From Tubiluchus corallicola (taxonomy: Eukaryota > Animalia > Priapulida): a stretch of DNA of 64,000 nucleotides. The DNA lies in NCBI GenBank assembly GCA_030141605.1, contig JAQGDQ010000184.1:248001-312000 (forward strand), in the 5' to 3' direction. Position 1 is the stretch's first letter. Every line of letters begins with the position of its first letter. The notes beneath the pieces were generated by a model, which saw only the letters and a list, made by a program, of their open reading frames with translations, was not told the DNA's origin and ran no database searches. The position numbers and the translations under genes were made by a program. Below, one piece after another: positions 1-13,499 of the stretch.

Positions 1-469
1 TTATGCATTCCTTCATTTGCTTTTATTCACTTTATTTCTTATAGTTCCTTATTTTATTCAAAATCTACATAGTTGTTGTGGCAAAAGAAAAAGCAATACT
101 TTTAGAACTGTGTAAGTGTGCATTCGTTATTTAATTGTTTTATATCAATTCGTAAATAATTATCATTTTGAAGATAAACAAAAATGGCTACTGATATCAT
201 AATTTACCTACAACATACATTCATAAACCATCTCTTACACAAATCATGAACTATGAGTAGTTCTTTTGTGTATGTGTAAAATGTCATGTGTGAACTAAAG
301 ACTGTGGCCGTTGTATTATTAACTGCTATAATCAGAATGAGATTTCTCTGTGACAATTTTCATTGACAGTAAGCTTTTCATTATTAAAAGCCTATTTTAT
401 TATGGCAGCAGGTCAGCTTAATATCAAAATGAAGATACGCAAGTCACTTGCAGCAACATAACACAGTTA

Positions 470-640
470 TGAGGTACAAACCCACAATTAATTTAATTTT
501 GACACCAAACTTGAAAGACAGGAAATGTGAAAAAGTTGGAATGCGGCCTGTATTTGAACCAGGGTCATTCTGCTTAAATTGCAGGCGTTGTAGATCAGTA
601 GGCTTCCAATAATAACGGGAAGAGCAAAGTTCATCTCTTA
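470..640 (-). mobile_element. Degenerate tRNA-derived SINE-like repeat (related copies at about 16545-16725, 29235-29380 and 47370-47530)
   Basis: The four loci share the segments gaaatgtgaaaa..., gtatt(t/c)gaacc (B-box-like on the reverse strand) and ...tcatctct, in either orientation. Matched by eye; the copies are diverged. Confidence 0.5.
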
Positions 641-1345
641 TAGATGATGGCCATCCAAATTCAGCATTTCCGTTACTAGATCGCTTGCAGTGGCGTTGTA
701 AAAGATTTTACGCAGAGGGTGAAAAGAGTGTAGAAGTGCGCCCCCCCCCCCCAATTTTAAGCCAGTGGTCCGGAGGAGAGCTGTAAGTTTCCCCATCGTG
801 GCCCAGAGACTCATTTTCCTGCAATTAAGCATTTTGGAGGCCTAAATGGAATCTAAATTAGGATGCTTTTTTCAAATGTCAAAAAATTGCTCAAATTTGG
901 TGTTTATGAAATCTATTTTTAATAAACTGCTTTAGATAATAGAATATAATTAATGTTATTTACACCATGGTGCAAGCATATATATTCAGAGCAATATGTG
1001 CCTCAAAATCTGAAGCAAAGACTGACCGGGCATATACAGCGGCAGAAATAAAATTGAGGCAGTGCAAATACATGTAACTAAAAAATTTACGTTTTCTAGA
1101 CATTTTTGCTTTGCAGTTTTTGCTTGTTCCATTTTCTTGGTCTAGTGGCCTAAGGCAAAGTTGCCTTGTAAGCAAAAGCCCACTGTTCAAATTCTGGCTA
1201 TATTTTAACTTCTACACATTACTTATCTTTCAATTTTGTATCAAAATTTAATTAATTATGGGCTTGTTAATCATTAATACCATCATTAATGATTTAAGAT
1301 AAGATTGTAATAATTAGTCATGCAGCTGCTTATTGCTACTCTTAC

Positions 1346-2336
1346 CACTTCGCAGAAACCCGTACCAAATCTCAATGCAACAAACATGACGTAGCCATTG
1401 GAAAATACTTGAACTGTAGCCACAATCAGGTAGCAAAAATTGGTCAGCATCAGTAATGTTTTTCTACCCAAGAAGTCTGAGATGGGTGGAAATACTAATG
1501 CCCCGCAAAGCTTGCCTAAGAAGAACAGAGTTGAGGAGAATTCAACAAGGTCAGCTCGGTCGCAAACCAAGTCCCACTGAAAAATAAAACGAGTCAACTC
1601 AAACGTTAAGGATTGAGTTTAAATGGCAAATTCCTTTCAATTCAATTTATTAACTCCTCAAGCATTATCTAGTTATAAGCAATACATACAGTATGACTGA
1701 ATCAAATGAGAAAGGTAGCAAAGAACTCGTAGGTTATCTAGTTAGCCACCCATAAATAGCTAAGACTGAATAAAATTTATGTTGGCAATGTTGTCAATTT
1801 AAATTTATATTAGTATGACGTGCGTAATTGGCAATTAAATGACTTTGGTGGGGGAAAATTATCAATGCAAAGAATGCACCAAGATTAACGTAAAATTTAA
1901 AACTGAATTAACTGCAGGGTGTAAGCACTTAAAAATAGTAACAGATGCTCAACACCCTCAAGAGAAGCCAGTTACTAAACTCTAGCAAAGCAGTTCAAGA
2001 ACTTTGTTTGTATACCTCTGTGACAATGGTGTTTCCAAACTCATCGTTGTACCAGTATCCATCCGAACATTCTTCGGTCTCATTCGAGGCACTACTAAAA
2101 TTCACATATTGTTCGCACTTTTGCAGTCCATTAGGCTTCTCTGGAGGAATGGCTTCAGTACTGTTGACATCATCGGGTAATGAACAATGGTAGTCTGGCA
2201 CTGCACCTTGGAATGTTATACTAAACGAATGCCAAGCTTGAATGACCTCAAGTCCAGCTATGCAAAAAAATACGTAGAATTGCCACCTTCCGTATTTTCC
2301 CAACTTTTGCAACTGTTTGTCGACCTCGTCTTTCAT
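1346..2336 (-). CDS. SLC22 organic cation/anion transporter family, first two coding exons (gene continues left of the window)
   Basis: Exon 2336-2016 (MKDEVDKQLQKLGKYGRWQ...HCSLP...CSDGYWY...TIVTE) joins exon 1576-1346 (WDLVCDR...G.LCGALVFPPISDFLGRK...LRFGTGFCEV) at GT-AG boundaries in phase 0. TIVTEWDLVC and SDxxGRK are SLC22/MFS signatures. Confidence 0.92.
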
Positions 2337-2744
2337 GTTTAAGGTAGATCTGTCTCAATATTTTATGGACATCTTAAAAATCCTGAAATCTTCATTATTG
2401 TGTAAATGGTATCAGCCACCGCCACCTAAATTCTAAATAGAAAAATACCGATGAAATTGCTTTTAACAAAAATATTATATTACATAATTTTTTAATGTAT
2501 GGTACTCGTGTATTAAAATCAAAATGAAATTCTAAAATTCTAATTAGAACACACGAGACAATGGACCGCAAATAAAATGTCGTAAATGAAGTTGAATCAT
2601 TCTGAACAAAATAGGGGAAGTCAGCAAAATCTAATTCTAAATGTGTTTCAAGAAATTTGCAAAACGCAAGTGTATCAACTACCAGCTCTCTTAGTCTTAC
2701 TTTATTGAAAAGCTCGAATTAGAAGCAGGAAATTAAAAATTTTG

Positions 2745-2960
2745 CCCATCATCCTCATCCACATCCTCCTCCTTCTACTCATCATCATCATTATCATCAT
2801 CATCTTCTTCATCATCATCATCACCACCACCACCATCATCATCGAAATTGGACATCATTACGTTTATTATACACATAGCAAAATTTGGCATTTTTTTACT
2901 TTTACAAAAGTGGGCAAGATGTTTTTTAGAAACTAGTGAGATTTTTAAAAAAGTGGTCAT
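2745..2960 (+). repeat. Dispersed repeat headed by an (ATC)n tract, copy 1
   Basis: catcctcctccttctactcatcatc...gaaattggacatcattacgtttattatacacatagcaaaatttggc... is nearly identical to 8880-9097. Confidence 0.85.
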
Positions 2961-3500
2961 TACTTTCATAAAATGACAATTTTTGCAAAAGTGATCCTAA
3001 ACACGCACACGCACACACAGGGAAATACACACACACACACACGCATCACGTACACACACACACACATGTGCACGCACACATACACACTCTCACACATGAT
3101 TACTCACCAAAAAGACAGATCACATAAACGATACAATCACAACTATGCAAGCAACACCCACTTATACCTGCTTAACCCTTATAGAGTCACGATTTTTACA
3201 ACCGATTTTGGTAACAGGGGAGGGGGGATTACCCCCACCTTAATTCGTAAATTAGTTTTGATAAACCGCCGTGTTTCATTAGTAAACAGCAACAGCATAA
3301 TTTGTGGTTATGCTGACCACCATAGGATACATTATACCTCTGTCTAAAGACATGTGACTTACTAGTAATACGAAATTTAAATTCACTTAGTTACGTTCCC
3401 TCATCTATGCTGGAATATGCTAGGCAACCGACATTGCTAGCGAGTCTGCAAAGATCATTGTTATTTTGAATTTATTGTCTACTACTTTCTTTTTTTAGGT

Positions 3501-3936
3501 CAACGGTTCTCAACCTTTTTAGAGCGTTAACCCCAAGTCGACCATTCAGTGCCTCCATTAACCCCCATCTCTACCCCTGGAAGGAAAAATAACTGAAATA
3601 ATTCAAATTTCAATTTGAAACAGTCCCAGATTCCAGGAATTTGATTGTGATTGTAACAAGTTTGAGGACCGTTCCCATGAGAAAGCCACCAAGATGTCAA
3701 CTAGCTACGTCAGATTCAATAGCATTGCGTGGGTGGGGGTAACAATATGCTTTGATCTCACTGTGACACTGTCTTTAGGTTCACTTATCGCTTAATACAT
3801 CACTCTGCAATCTAATAACAGGCCTGATCTAATAAATAGGTGATTTTTTTTCTTCTGCGTGTAAATTCCCATTAACCCCCAGAATTGGTGCCATTAACCC
3901 CCTGGGGGTTAATTAACCCCCGGTTGAGAAACCCGG
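3501..3936. mobile_element. hAT-type non-autonomous DNA transposon (MITE)
   Basis: Termini CAACGGTTCTCAACC ... GGTTGAGAAACCCGG form imperfect inverted repeats. A perfect 8-bp target duplication TTTTAGGT lies at 3493-3500 and 3937-3944, and subterminal ttaacccc motifs are repeated. Confidence 0.85.
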
Positions 3937-5229
3937 TTTTAGGTGGAGACTTGCCACCTCTCGAAAGTTTCGACAATTTTAAAAAATCGACATATTGCAT
4001 TTTCACTTTTATTTCGTGGTGAGACAATGCGCCTAAAATAAATAACTGAAAGTATTTTGTGCACAAAACATATTTAGAAAAAGTCATAGAAAAGGTTTAC
4101 TGGGATGCGCATGGTATCTTTCTTATTTTAAGTTTCTTTGCCGTTTGTCAGATCGCCTGTTCGCTTAATACGTTCACATGTGTACTGGTTGCGCGTGCAT
4201 GCCTGCGGGTGTACGTATTATTTATAATTACAAGTTTATATTGTATAAGCGAGCAATAAATAGTTCACATTTTTTGGTATGATAACTAGAAACAGAGATT
4301 GGTACAGTCGTAATACCTAGGCAGATTGGTACTGTCAGTGATTACAAAATTATGGATAACACCGAGTAATAATTACATACAGTATGTATTTTAATCGCAA
4401 ACAGGTTAAAACCTGTGTACAGAAACCGATTAACAAATTACTTTGAAGTGAAAACTTCAACGTACCTGGGTATAATCAATGACATTCACAGGTACGCTGC
4501 CTTGATTGCAAAATTGTATTTTACCAATGAATACATGAAGGCAATTTTTTCTTTGCATAGGCCTATATATTTATTATCAATATAATAAATAATAATGAGC
4601 AAGCACTGTTAAACACTAAATGAAACGTATATTGTATGCGTTGTGCGCGAGTGTAATATTTTTAATATAGAAACGACTCCATTTTTTGTATGGGCGTCTC
4701 ACAGAACGCGAGACAGCTTAACGTAAATTCAAACTTAAATTCATGCTTAATTCTATATTAAATTTACCCCCTTTTAGAAAGATATGCATAAAAAATAGTT
4801 GCTTTGTTTCAATTTGCACTTATTAGCAACATGGATATGTAATTAAACTGTATTAATGCTACGTATCGTGATTAGTTATATATCTATATATCATTAACAG
4901 TCAAATTTAAGTGGAACCATATTTATAAATATGAGACTATTTTTGTGCACTTTCATGTTTTTTCCTGTAAAATTAAAGAATTCATACTACATTAATAATC
5001 CAAAATACATGTGCAAATTATATGCTCTAGGATCTATTAATTTGTAATTTGAAGCAGTTATTTTATTTTTTTAAATCAAAGTGGAAGATAGAGGCAACTA
5101 AGTCGGCCCTAATTACTACCTCAGCCTTTTTGCATTTTTTCTTTTTTGTTTTTTTTACAATTACTCACCCTCTTTAACTACATCATTCATATGTTAACAT
5201 TCTCATGTCCCGCTTGCGAGAAACCTGTT

Positions 5230-5695
5230 AAACATAACCAAAAGGCGCTAGGATGTGACACCTGTTATAGATGGATTCACCTAAGGTGCTAACCGTTATC
5301 AGTTAACGATTATAATGACCTGGCTGCAGATGATAATCAATGGTTTTGCCATCTTTGTCTACAATCTATTTTTCCGTTCAATAATATACCAGACGATGAA
5401 GAATTTAAACATATTGCACGTTTTTCAAATATTGGTTCTATCTTGTGCGATTATAATTTAAATCTCTTTTGCACTGAATCAGATGATAGCAATAATATCA
5501 CGAATATGGCAGATCCTGATTTAAATTTTTTAATACACCGTACTTAATACCAAAAAGCAATTACTATGATGAAGATCAGTTCACATCTTTGTACAATAAC
5601 ACTGATTTCAATACACCACTGTCTATAATCCATGTTAATATTCTTTGCCTAAAAGCTAATTTTGATTATCTAAAGGTATATTTAGAATTATTAAC
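5230..5695 (+). mobile_element. CR1/L2-group LINE relic, 5' part (PHD finger and start of the APE endonuclease)
   Basis: Broken translation gives C..WIHLRC...WFCHLCLQSIFPFNNIPDDEEF, then DPDLNF and SIIHVNI..LKANFDYLKVYL, with stops and frameshifts. Confidence 0.75.
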
Positions 5696-8300
5696 TGTCG
5701 TGAATTTCTTTTTTCACGGGATTTCAGTCAAACATGTTTTATAATTAATGTTAACGTTTTTTAAGCTACTATATAACACACCAAGACAGCTTTAATTTAA
5801 CACACACTCAACACCAACTATTTTTCATTTACGCGCATGTTTAACATGTTCAATACAAAAGTGACTACATGGCTAACCATGTGTGACTTGTATAAGTTCA
5901 GGCAGCAGATTAGGATCTTGGTGTATGCAGTCATTTAATGATGAGGAATGTGTGTTTGCCTTTGCTGAGGCATTATATACCAAGCTAACCATTGTTGTAG
6001 CCTTTCTGAGGAGTTAAAACTGGATGCTATGGCAAATAATGCTCTACTAAACCAAGTTCTGTGTCTTCGGTAACAGTTTCTGTTATTCCTCGCTTCTCTT
6101 GTTCTTCAATAATTTCAGTATACTTTAACATCAAATTCTTATCAGGTACAAAACGTCTACAGTGAGAACGAAATCTTCCTGTAGCTAATCCAAAATTGTT
6201 TGGCAACAATGGTTGTTTGTCTTTCCATGGGAATCTTACCCAGTATCTATTTTCATAGAACTGACGTGTCTCTCCAAAATCAGCTAAAATTTCATCACTC
6301 ATCGAAGAAGCAGGATCGTCAGTGATTCCAATTGTCTCTAAAGACCAGAAGTCACATGGTTTCTGGCATGTCTCTTGCTGTGGTTCGACTAGTTTCATTA
6401 TCTCATTAAACTGTTTTTCACTTGGACAAGTGGTTGCACTAATGAGAAATGAGCAGGCAGCAAGGCTTTGTGGTTTCCTTGTTGCACTTTCGACACAACC
6501 ACCAATTAGTAGACCCAAGTTTGAATTAATCAAACTTAGTCCAGATGGCAGCTTTCTGTCTGCTCCCTGCTGAACAAAGTCAAAATAATAATCCATCCCA
6601 ATCAGGATTTCTGGAGCAAAACTTTCTGTCGAACTTGGGATTTTGTCTGCAAATTGTTCAAATTCTATTTTCTTCAAGAATTTTAAATCTTCATTGCAAA
6701 GCTGTTCTCTTTTGACATTTCCAGTCGTTTGGTCAGCAACATGCCCTGCTATTCGTTTTGCTTTACCATCAAGTAAGACTACGTCTAACTCTGACAGAAA
6801 ACTGGGTAACTTTTTATAGGAACCACCAAAAGTACAAACATCTAAACATTGTTGGCCTGGATTTGGCAATTTCAATTCGTCTGCCAATTTTTTGCAGATG
6901 TATGTTACTGAACTAGCAGTATCGAGAATTAATCTGCATTCCACAGGTTTTGGTTTGACCCCAACTGGTGACTTTACTTTCACTGTTGCAGCCAGGAACA
7001 TGACGTATTTCCCTGATGCTACCATGGAGTATTCGTTACCAGTTTTTGGCAATGATTCTGAGTTTTCTCCACTAGTAATAATCGAATCAGGTTCTGGAGG
7101 TGTGCTAGATGCAAAATTGCTTGTGTTGTTTGAGGATTTGTTTCTATTAACTGGTGTAATCCCAAATTTTTAGGACAGATGGCTTGATTGTGCTTACCCG
7201 TTTCTTTGCAAAAATAGCAGTTTTGTGTTTTTTTCGGGCATACCTGATACATGTGTTTATCCTGTAAGCACAAGAAGCATCGGCCTTCTTTTCGTAATAT
7301 GTCACGACGTGCTTCTATACCTGGACATGGTGTAAAATGTGAATTAAAGTGGTCTGTTGCTTTACAAAAAACACAAGAAAACCGTTGAGGCTTTCTTGGC
7401 AGTGATCTTATAAGGTCGGAAATGCTACTAAATGTTCTGCCCTTTTTTGATTGTAGGTTTGTTGGGTTTGGGCTTGCAGAATTGTAACTCTTCTGGTTTG
7501 ATCCAGACATGTCAAGGGTAGACTGTACACGTTCTCTTACTTACAGTAATTTTCCAGACAAACTGTTTGCACAGGCATCGTCCATGACTCTGTTAAATTT
7601 TTATTTTCCTCTAATTTTATCAGAACAGAAGCTGGTAACTTTGAAATCAAATGTTGCACTGCAGGAGGATGTCCAGAGATGTCAATACCCTGTGTTTGTA
7701 ACTGTCGCGTTATCCTATTTGCTTTACTAATGAAAGTCCGAATATCTTTTGTCTCGCTCTTGTACAGAGTTAACTTGTTCCATTCTGAATACAAAGCTGC
7801 AATTTGAACTTCAGGACAGCCATACCGTTTTGCTAAAATGTCAATTGCGACTGAATAATTTTCATCAGTTAACAATAAGCCTTCAATTTCATCTAGAGCA
7901 CTACCCTTCAGTACTCCTTTTAGATAAGTGAATTTTTGAGCAGGTGAGATGTTTTGGTTGTCAACTGCAGCTTTAAATTGATCCCAAAACGATGGCCATT
8001 CCAGGATCCCCCCAGAAAATGTTGGCAGGTTTGTTTTTGGTAATTTCATTTGGCATTGTCTCAGCCCTTGTTCAGGAGCAGTCGCTGCATATCCCACATC
8101 TAATTGTACATCACTGGTAGCAGCTGGTGTTGTTGCAGATGGTGTTATAGTTGTGGAAACTGTTGTAGCAGGTGTACTTGAAACAACTGTTGTCACTGTT
8201 GGTGTTGCGTCTAGTTGCGTTGGAGAGTGTATGATGGGAACAACAGTTGTAATGACTGGTTTCACATCAGGTTTAGTTACAAATATAGGACTAATGGGAG
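5696..8300 (-). mobile_element. Truncated BEL/Pao LTR retrotransposon (gag, zinc knuckles, protease, start of RT)
   Basis: 7537-8265 LPKTNLPTFSGGILEWPSFWDQF...ENYSVAIDILAKRYG (BEL gag); 7019-7510 three CxxC...H...C knuckles; 6027-7052 LILDTASSVTYI protease and FWSLETIGI...HYLP, continuing past a stop as HPVLTPQK.TT...NASAK...SLND. Frameshifted, with no RT core, RNase H or integrase. The left edge TGTCG fits an LTR end. Confidence 0.9.
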
Positions 8301-8875
8301 TAATATATAGACCACCTGGTGAAAATCCTAATCATTTTACAGACAAAATACAGAACACTATGACAATTGTTAACGGACAAAACAAACATATTTTTTTTAC
8401 TAGGGGACTATAATATAAATTTAATAAACCATGCTTCTCACAACGAAACCGGACACTTTTTAGACACAGTGCTGACCAATTATCTGTTCCCTACTGTTAC
8501 AAGACCAAAAAGAATTACGCCTTATTCAGCAACACTAATTGATAATATATTTAATAATGCACTAGACTATAAGTACAAATCAGATATTTTTCTAACAGAT
8601 ATAACAGATCACCTCCCAATTTTTTTAATTATGGATCTCAAAATTGAAACATTCAGTAAGGAATACGTGCACGAACTTATTTATAATGTTCATATAAAAA
8701 TAAAATTATCCGAAATTTAAATCAATGTGACTGGTCAGATTTACATTCTGTAACTAATACCGAAGATGCATACAATTTATTTCATACTAAGCTTTCTGAT
8801 ATCTATAACAAACATATCAAACTACAGAATAACAATAACAATCATAAAGCAGCAAAAAACCTGGATCACTACAGC
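8296..8875 (+). mobile_element. CR1/L2-group LINE relic, continuation of the endonuclease
   Basis: GVIYRPP...LLGDYNINL...TRPKRITPYSATLIDNIF...DITDHLPIF are classic LINE APE motifs, on the same strand as and colinear with 5230-5695. Confidence 0.85.
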
Positions 8876-8879
8876 ACTT

Positions 8880-8931
8880 GCTCATATCCTCCTCCTTCTA
8901 CTCATCATCATCATCATCATTATCATCATCA

Positions 8932-8965
<34 letters not shown>

Positions 8966-9097
8966 CCATCATCATCATCATCGAAACTGGACATCATTAC
9001 GTTTATTATACACATAGCAAAATTTGGCATTTTTTTACTTTTACAAAAGTGAGCAAGATCTTTTTTAGAAACTAGTGTGATTTTAAAAAAGTGGTCA
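8880..9097 (+). repeat. Dispersed repeat headed by an (ATC)n tract, copy 2
   Basis: Near-identical to 2745-2960. Confidence 0.85.
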
Positions 9098-10774
9098 GTT
9101 TTACATTTTAGGTTGCAACAGCAGTTCATAATGCTCCGTTATAATCTAACGGAATGCTAGTTTTTGCTTTAGTTTCTCTTTTCGTTATTATTTATAGCGA
9201 TGGAATTCAGATAGTACAGCTGCTGCTGCCATCTAGATTGTCATTGTAATTTTGAGGAAGAACGTACCTGTCATGGATGAATAGTGGAGTTGACACCTTT
9301 GGTCTTTTAGTATGCAACTAAACCACATGTAACCGGTAGTTCACGCAGTGAAGAAATGCACGTCAATTAATTTTCACAATCACAAAACGTACATAGCACT
9401 TTTTTACCAAATAAATACAGGCTGTCCTTAAACTGCTGATTTTCTGGTTGTTCTTAAGGCAACATAATAATTTCATTGACCTTTTTGTTGAGTGAAATTT
9501 CAAATAATAATCTGTTTGTTTGATTAATTTTTTAGATGGCATTGAATTTACCCAGCAAATTTTATGTGAAACACGTGTGGTTAGTACTTGCAAGTCGAAC
9601 ACAGCTTAGCAATATATTTATAGTGTATATCAATAGCGCTAAATTGAACTTTGACGCATATCTGAGCTACAGTGCAAATTGACACTGCTCTAAGCAGAAT
9701 TCTAACATTGAGTACTATGTGGCGTGTTTGCGCAATTTTTGTACATCGGTATCATTCTATCAACCTGATCTGAATTGAACGTACAGAAATAAGTGTTAGA
9801 CTTATCTAACTGATCTTGTATGAAACTTGATAGTAATATTACCCAATTGTTCCGAGTCTTCAAGAATTAACTTGTAAAGTTTAATGCATTCCAAAGGAAC
9901 ATTAGAAATTTTGCGAACTTCATTGCATTTCCGCTGGTAGCGTTGGTGCAAAATTTCCAAGTTACAAAAAATCAATAAGCGCCTTAGTTTCGGAAATTTT
10001 AATTTCGGAAGTCAATGCTGTGCGATGTTTCAGTTAAATATAAAACATTTTCGAGTTTTAGCTCACGGCTATCCCGAAGTAGCTGTTAAAATGGAATTCA
10101 TAATTCAACACTAGATGTCTTGAACGAAACTTGTTTGAAAACAGTTAGGATGACCATGACATGTGTTTGAATTCTTGCTCGATCTGTTCAAATCTTTTCT
10201 CAGCCGGTATCACGCAGGCGCTCGTCATTCTATGTTAACCTTTTACAGCATCTATTGTGATTCTGCCAACGCCAACGAGTCAATTGCGCAGATTTCATCA
10301 TTTTCAGACACTCCCAGCCTTATAGATTTGTAAGTAGAAGCTTTATTAATTTCGACTACGGTACAAATCTGTTTACATGTTATATTACAACCGGACAAGA
10401 GTTAATGCTGCTGGCATGACTGTTTAATATGGCATTAAAAGTTTAAGCGATTTAAATCTTTGGGGACATTATAAGTGCAGGTTGCATCTCCATTGTTGTA
10501 CTGAGACCATATGGTTGACGTATTGTAGTTTACGCGCAATAACTGCTTTTCGGGTAAATTTGATGAATAGGCTAAAGTTACAGAACTAGAATTATTTTCT
10601 AACCCCTCGAAGCAACAGATGCTATACACAATACGCCGCTTTCGTAATCTTTATGAATGTTGATCTGAATGAAAAGACAGCTAGTAAATCATTATAAAAC
10701 GCTGTGAGGAGGCACACGGCGTTCAGCCTTTTAACGGCAATTCACCTTAGAAACTCGTAAGTTTACGAAGAGCT

Positions 10775-10822
10775 ATGAAGCTAAAGAGGAGTGAAGGTAA
10801 CAACTGGACCAGTTTTAAACAG
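10775..10822 (+). CDS. Probable first coding exon of the PTTH/Trunk-like gene (MKLKRSEGNNWTSFKQ)
   Basis: TATAAA at about 10693, ATG at 10775, donor CAG|gtaaat at 10822. The 48 nt splice in frame to the acceptor at 11784. Confidence 0.5.
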
Positions 10823-11784
10823 GTAAATTTACAAGAGCGACTTGGGGCAAAGTGTGATAAAAGAAAAATTTGATTTTTTATTAGCAGGTGGAGCAACGTG
10901 CTTTATTATACGCTTTAGAGAACTCGGCTTCATTTTCGGTTGCAAAATGCTATTTGGGTTACAATAAAAAACATTCAGCTGCTTCACCAATATAGTTAAA
11001 AATTTATTTGTTTCATTTTGCCCTAAAGTATTTCTCTTGTGTTATTAGCCTTTTGTATGATTTAGAATGTTTAGTGTTTAACCAAAAGTTTCCTTTATAT
11101 TCTATTGCTTTATAAACGTGAAGCTGTGTCTTCACTGTGGCAGTACGTTTCTTAATTTTGAAAATGGCCACAATTTTTTTGCGAAATACGTACTAAACCT
11201 GTTGTTTTGAGTATATATCAAACATATTCTCTTAAATTCTGTTAAAGAACGACAGAATTCGTTTAAACTTCGTATTGATACGTTATAGACAGGTTTGATT
11301 TCTGCCAGTGTAATATTAATTAATTAACAACACGACCAGCAAATCATCTACATCATTGTTGTCAGCAATGATCATCGCTGCCATCATCAGCATCATCTTT
11401 ATCAAAAACACAAAAAACCTTTGTGTTTAAATTCGTTCTAAAAATTTCTGTAATATCTGAATATCCTAATGAAGTCGGCTACTACGAAACGTTGTTTTAG
11501 GGGGGAATAAAAAGTTAAAAGTTCAATGTGTGGTTTGCCTTATACAGTATTGTTAAAAAGGCCAGGTCAAATTGACAACATGACTATAGGTTTTTGAAGG
11601 ACAGACCTATTAAGTATTATAAGCGCAGGAACAAAAATCGCCGCCTTTATTTTTTGAGATGTAAAATGACCGATACGAAATGCAGTATAGGTGCAAGCAT
11701 TGAAGTTAAACTTCCAGTTATTAGGCGGTTTGTTTAATTGCCACCATAGTTGGATTTTCTGTTTAAATTTTGATATTTTTGCAG

Positions 11785-12345
11785 GTACAGACTGCCACAA
11801 TGTTCTTTGTGTGTTTGTTTTATCTTGTTCGTGCATCGTCAGCTTCTACGGAATCCATTGACTCCTCACACCAGAGCCGGTGTCGAGAAGTTCCCTACGA
11901 CATCCTTCATCGCATTGTTGTCGACAACGACGAAGAAGAAATGTCACCAAGCCACCCACTTTTGTCATCCGGGCACGATGGATTATCTCGTTTCGTCTCA
12001 CATAGGCGTGTGGGTGTGAAAAATGCGGCCAGCTTTCGAGACCATTATAAAAGAAAGCGAACAAGTTACGAAGACGAGCAACAGGAAGACACGGGCTGTA
12101 AGGGGGTGACGATTTGGAAGGACCTTGGCGCCGATCATTATCCTAGGGTCTTACGCATGGTGCAGTGTGCTGAGAGAAATACCAGTGGAATAAAATGCGT
12201 TCCTGTATATTATCCCGTCCATGTTCTCCGAAGAAGAACTCTTTTCTGTGATGGAGATGGTTCGTCTCTACCGTCTGTTTTTGAAACAGAATGGATATTG
12301 AAGACGGAAGATGTGCCAGTTTGCTGTAGCTGCAGTTCACATTAA
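11785..12345 (+). CDS. PTTH/Trunk/noggin-like secreted cystine-knot growth factor precursor
   Basis: Acceptor ttttgcag at 11784; hydrophobic signal MFFVCLFYLVRASSA (ATG 11800); convertase site KRKR; mature domain C...WKDLGADHYPRVLRMVQC...CVPVYYPVHVLRRR...C...LP....EW.....VPVCCSC. Confidence 0.85.
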   Translation, partial: VQTATMFFVCLFYLVRASSASTESIDSSHQSRCREVPYDILHRIVVDNDEEEMSPSHPLLSSGHDGLSRFVSHRRVGVKNAASFRDHYKRKRTSYEDEQQEDTGCKGVTIWKDLGADHYPRVLRMVQCAERNTSGIKCVPVYYPVHVLRRRTLFCDGDGSSLPSVFETEWILKTEDVPVCCSCSSH

Positions 12346-13499
12346 ATGCTCCGTGTAATTGCTCTGACGAGTACGTTTCTTATAATTTTGGTTCGCAAAA
12401 ATGATGCATTTTGGAAAACCTCTGTGCGTCAAAAGCTTTGTGAGGGTTTTTCTTTCCATTTTGCACCTAAAATATTTTATGCTTAAGTCTTTTGGAGAGA
12501 AAATCGTAAATTAATTAGCTCATGATAACTATAGAAAACAATTAACTACAATTTCGTGAGTACAGTGTCTTTGTTTTAAGCTTCAAATGATTTAAATGTG
12601 CGCTGATTTAGTCACTGAAGATTTTTTTTTTACACAAAACGAGCTTTTTTGCACTGTTGTGGAGTTTAACCAAATTTACATGATTTTTTTCTGTGTCGCT
12701 AACCTTGGCATTCTAATTTTGAAGTAAACACTTTTCATGGAAAACAATACTTGAATATTTGAAGTGAAACACTTAAGGTGATCAGCTATTTCTGAAGACT
12801 GCGAAGGCGGCTTTAGTAATTTTGCACTAGAATGTCTTCTATACAATGAAGTTAGCTTTAGAACACATTGTGAACACGAATGCTAAGGATTTATGTCAAG
12901 CTTCGATGGTTATATTTCGTTAACTTAGTCCAGAACTGTCTGGAAAATTTTGCGTATTTGCAAACTTTTGCGAAAATAATTAGTTTATTGTAACAGTGTA
13001 ATATGCAGTATTACGTACATCCGTCATATAATTTGGATTGAAAAATTTGCAAAACGCTTTTGGATACAATGCATTTGATTATAACTATGGTTTAAGTGTT
13101 TATTATAACACATTAGTATAAGTTACTTAAATGTAATTTAGTAATGCATCGTTGATGATTAATCTTAACTATTTATTTTAATGGAATAAAATATTATTAT
13201 ACGCATCGTACGTCCAAGGCCTACAATTGATCAGTGAGTTAATTTACGTAAGCACATGGTTAATAGGCGACACAAACAGTACAAGATTATAGTGAAGGGC
13301 TATGGCACACATTCAACAATAGCTGGATTAAATCTTAATAACAAGTATTATGAAAATACGGTAGTACTTATAATTAACACGAATCCTGCTGAATTCCAGA
13401 GTGCCGAAATGATAATATGCATGTGGGCGAAGCGAGGATATATATTTGTTCTTAATATTATAGTATATATATCATATGAAGAAATTTGGACACATTGAC

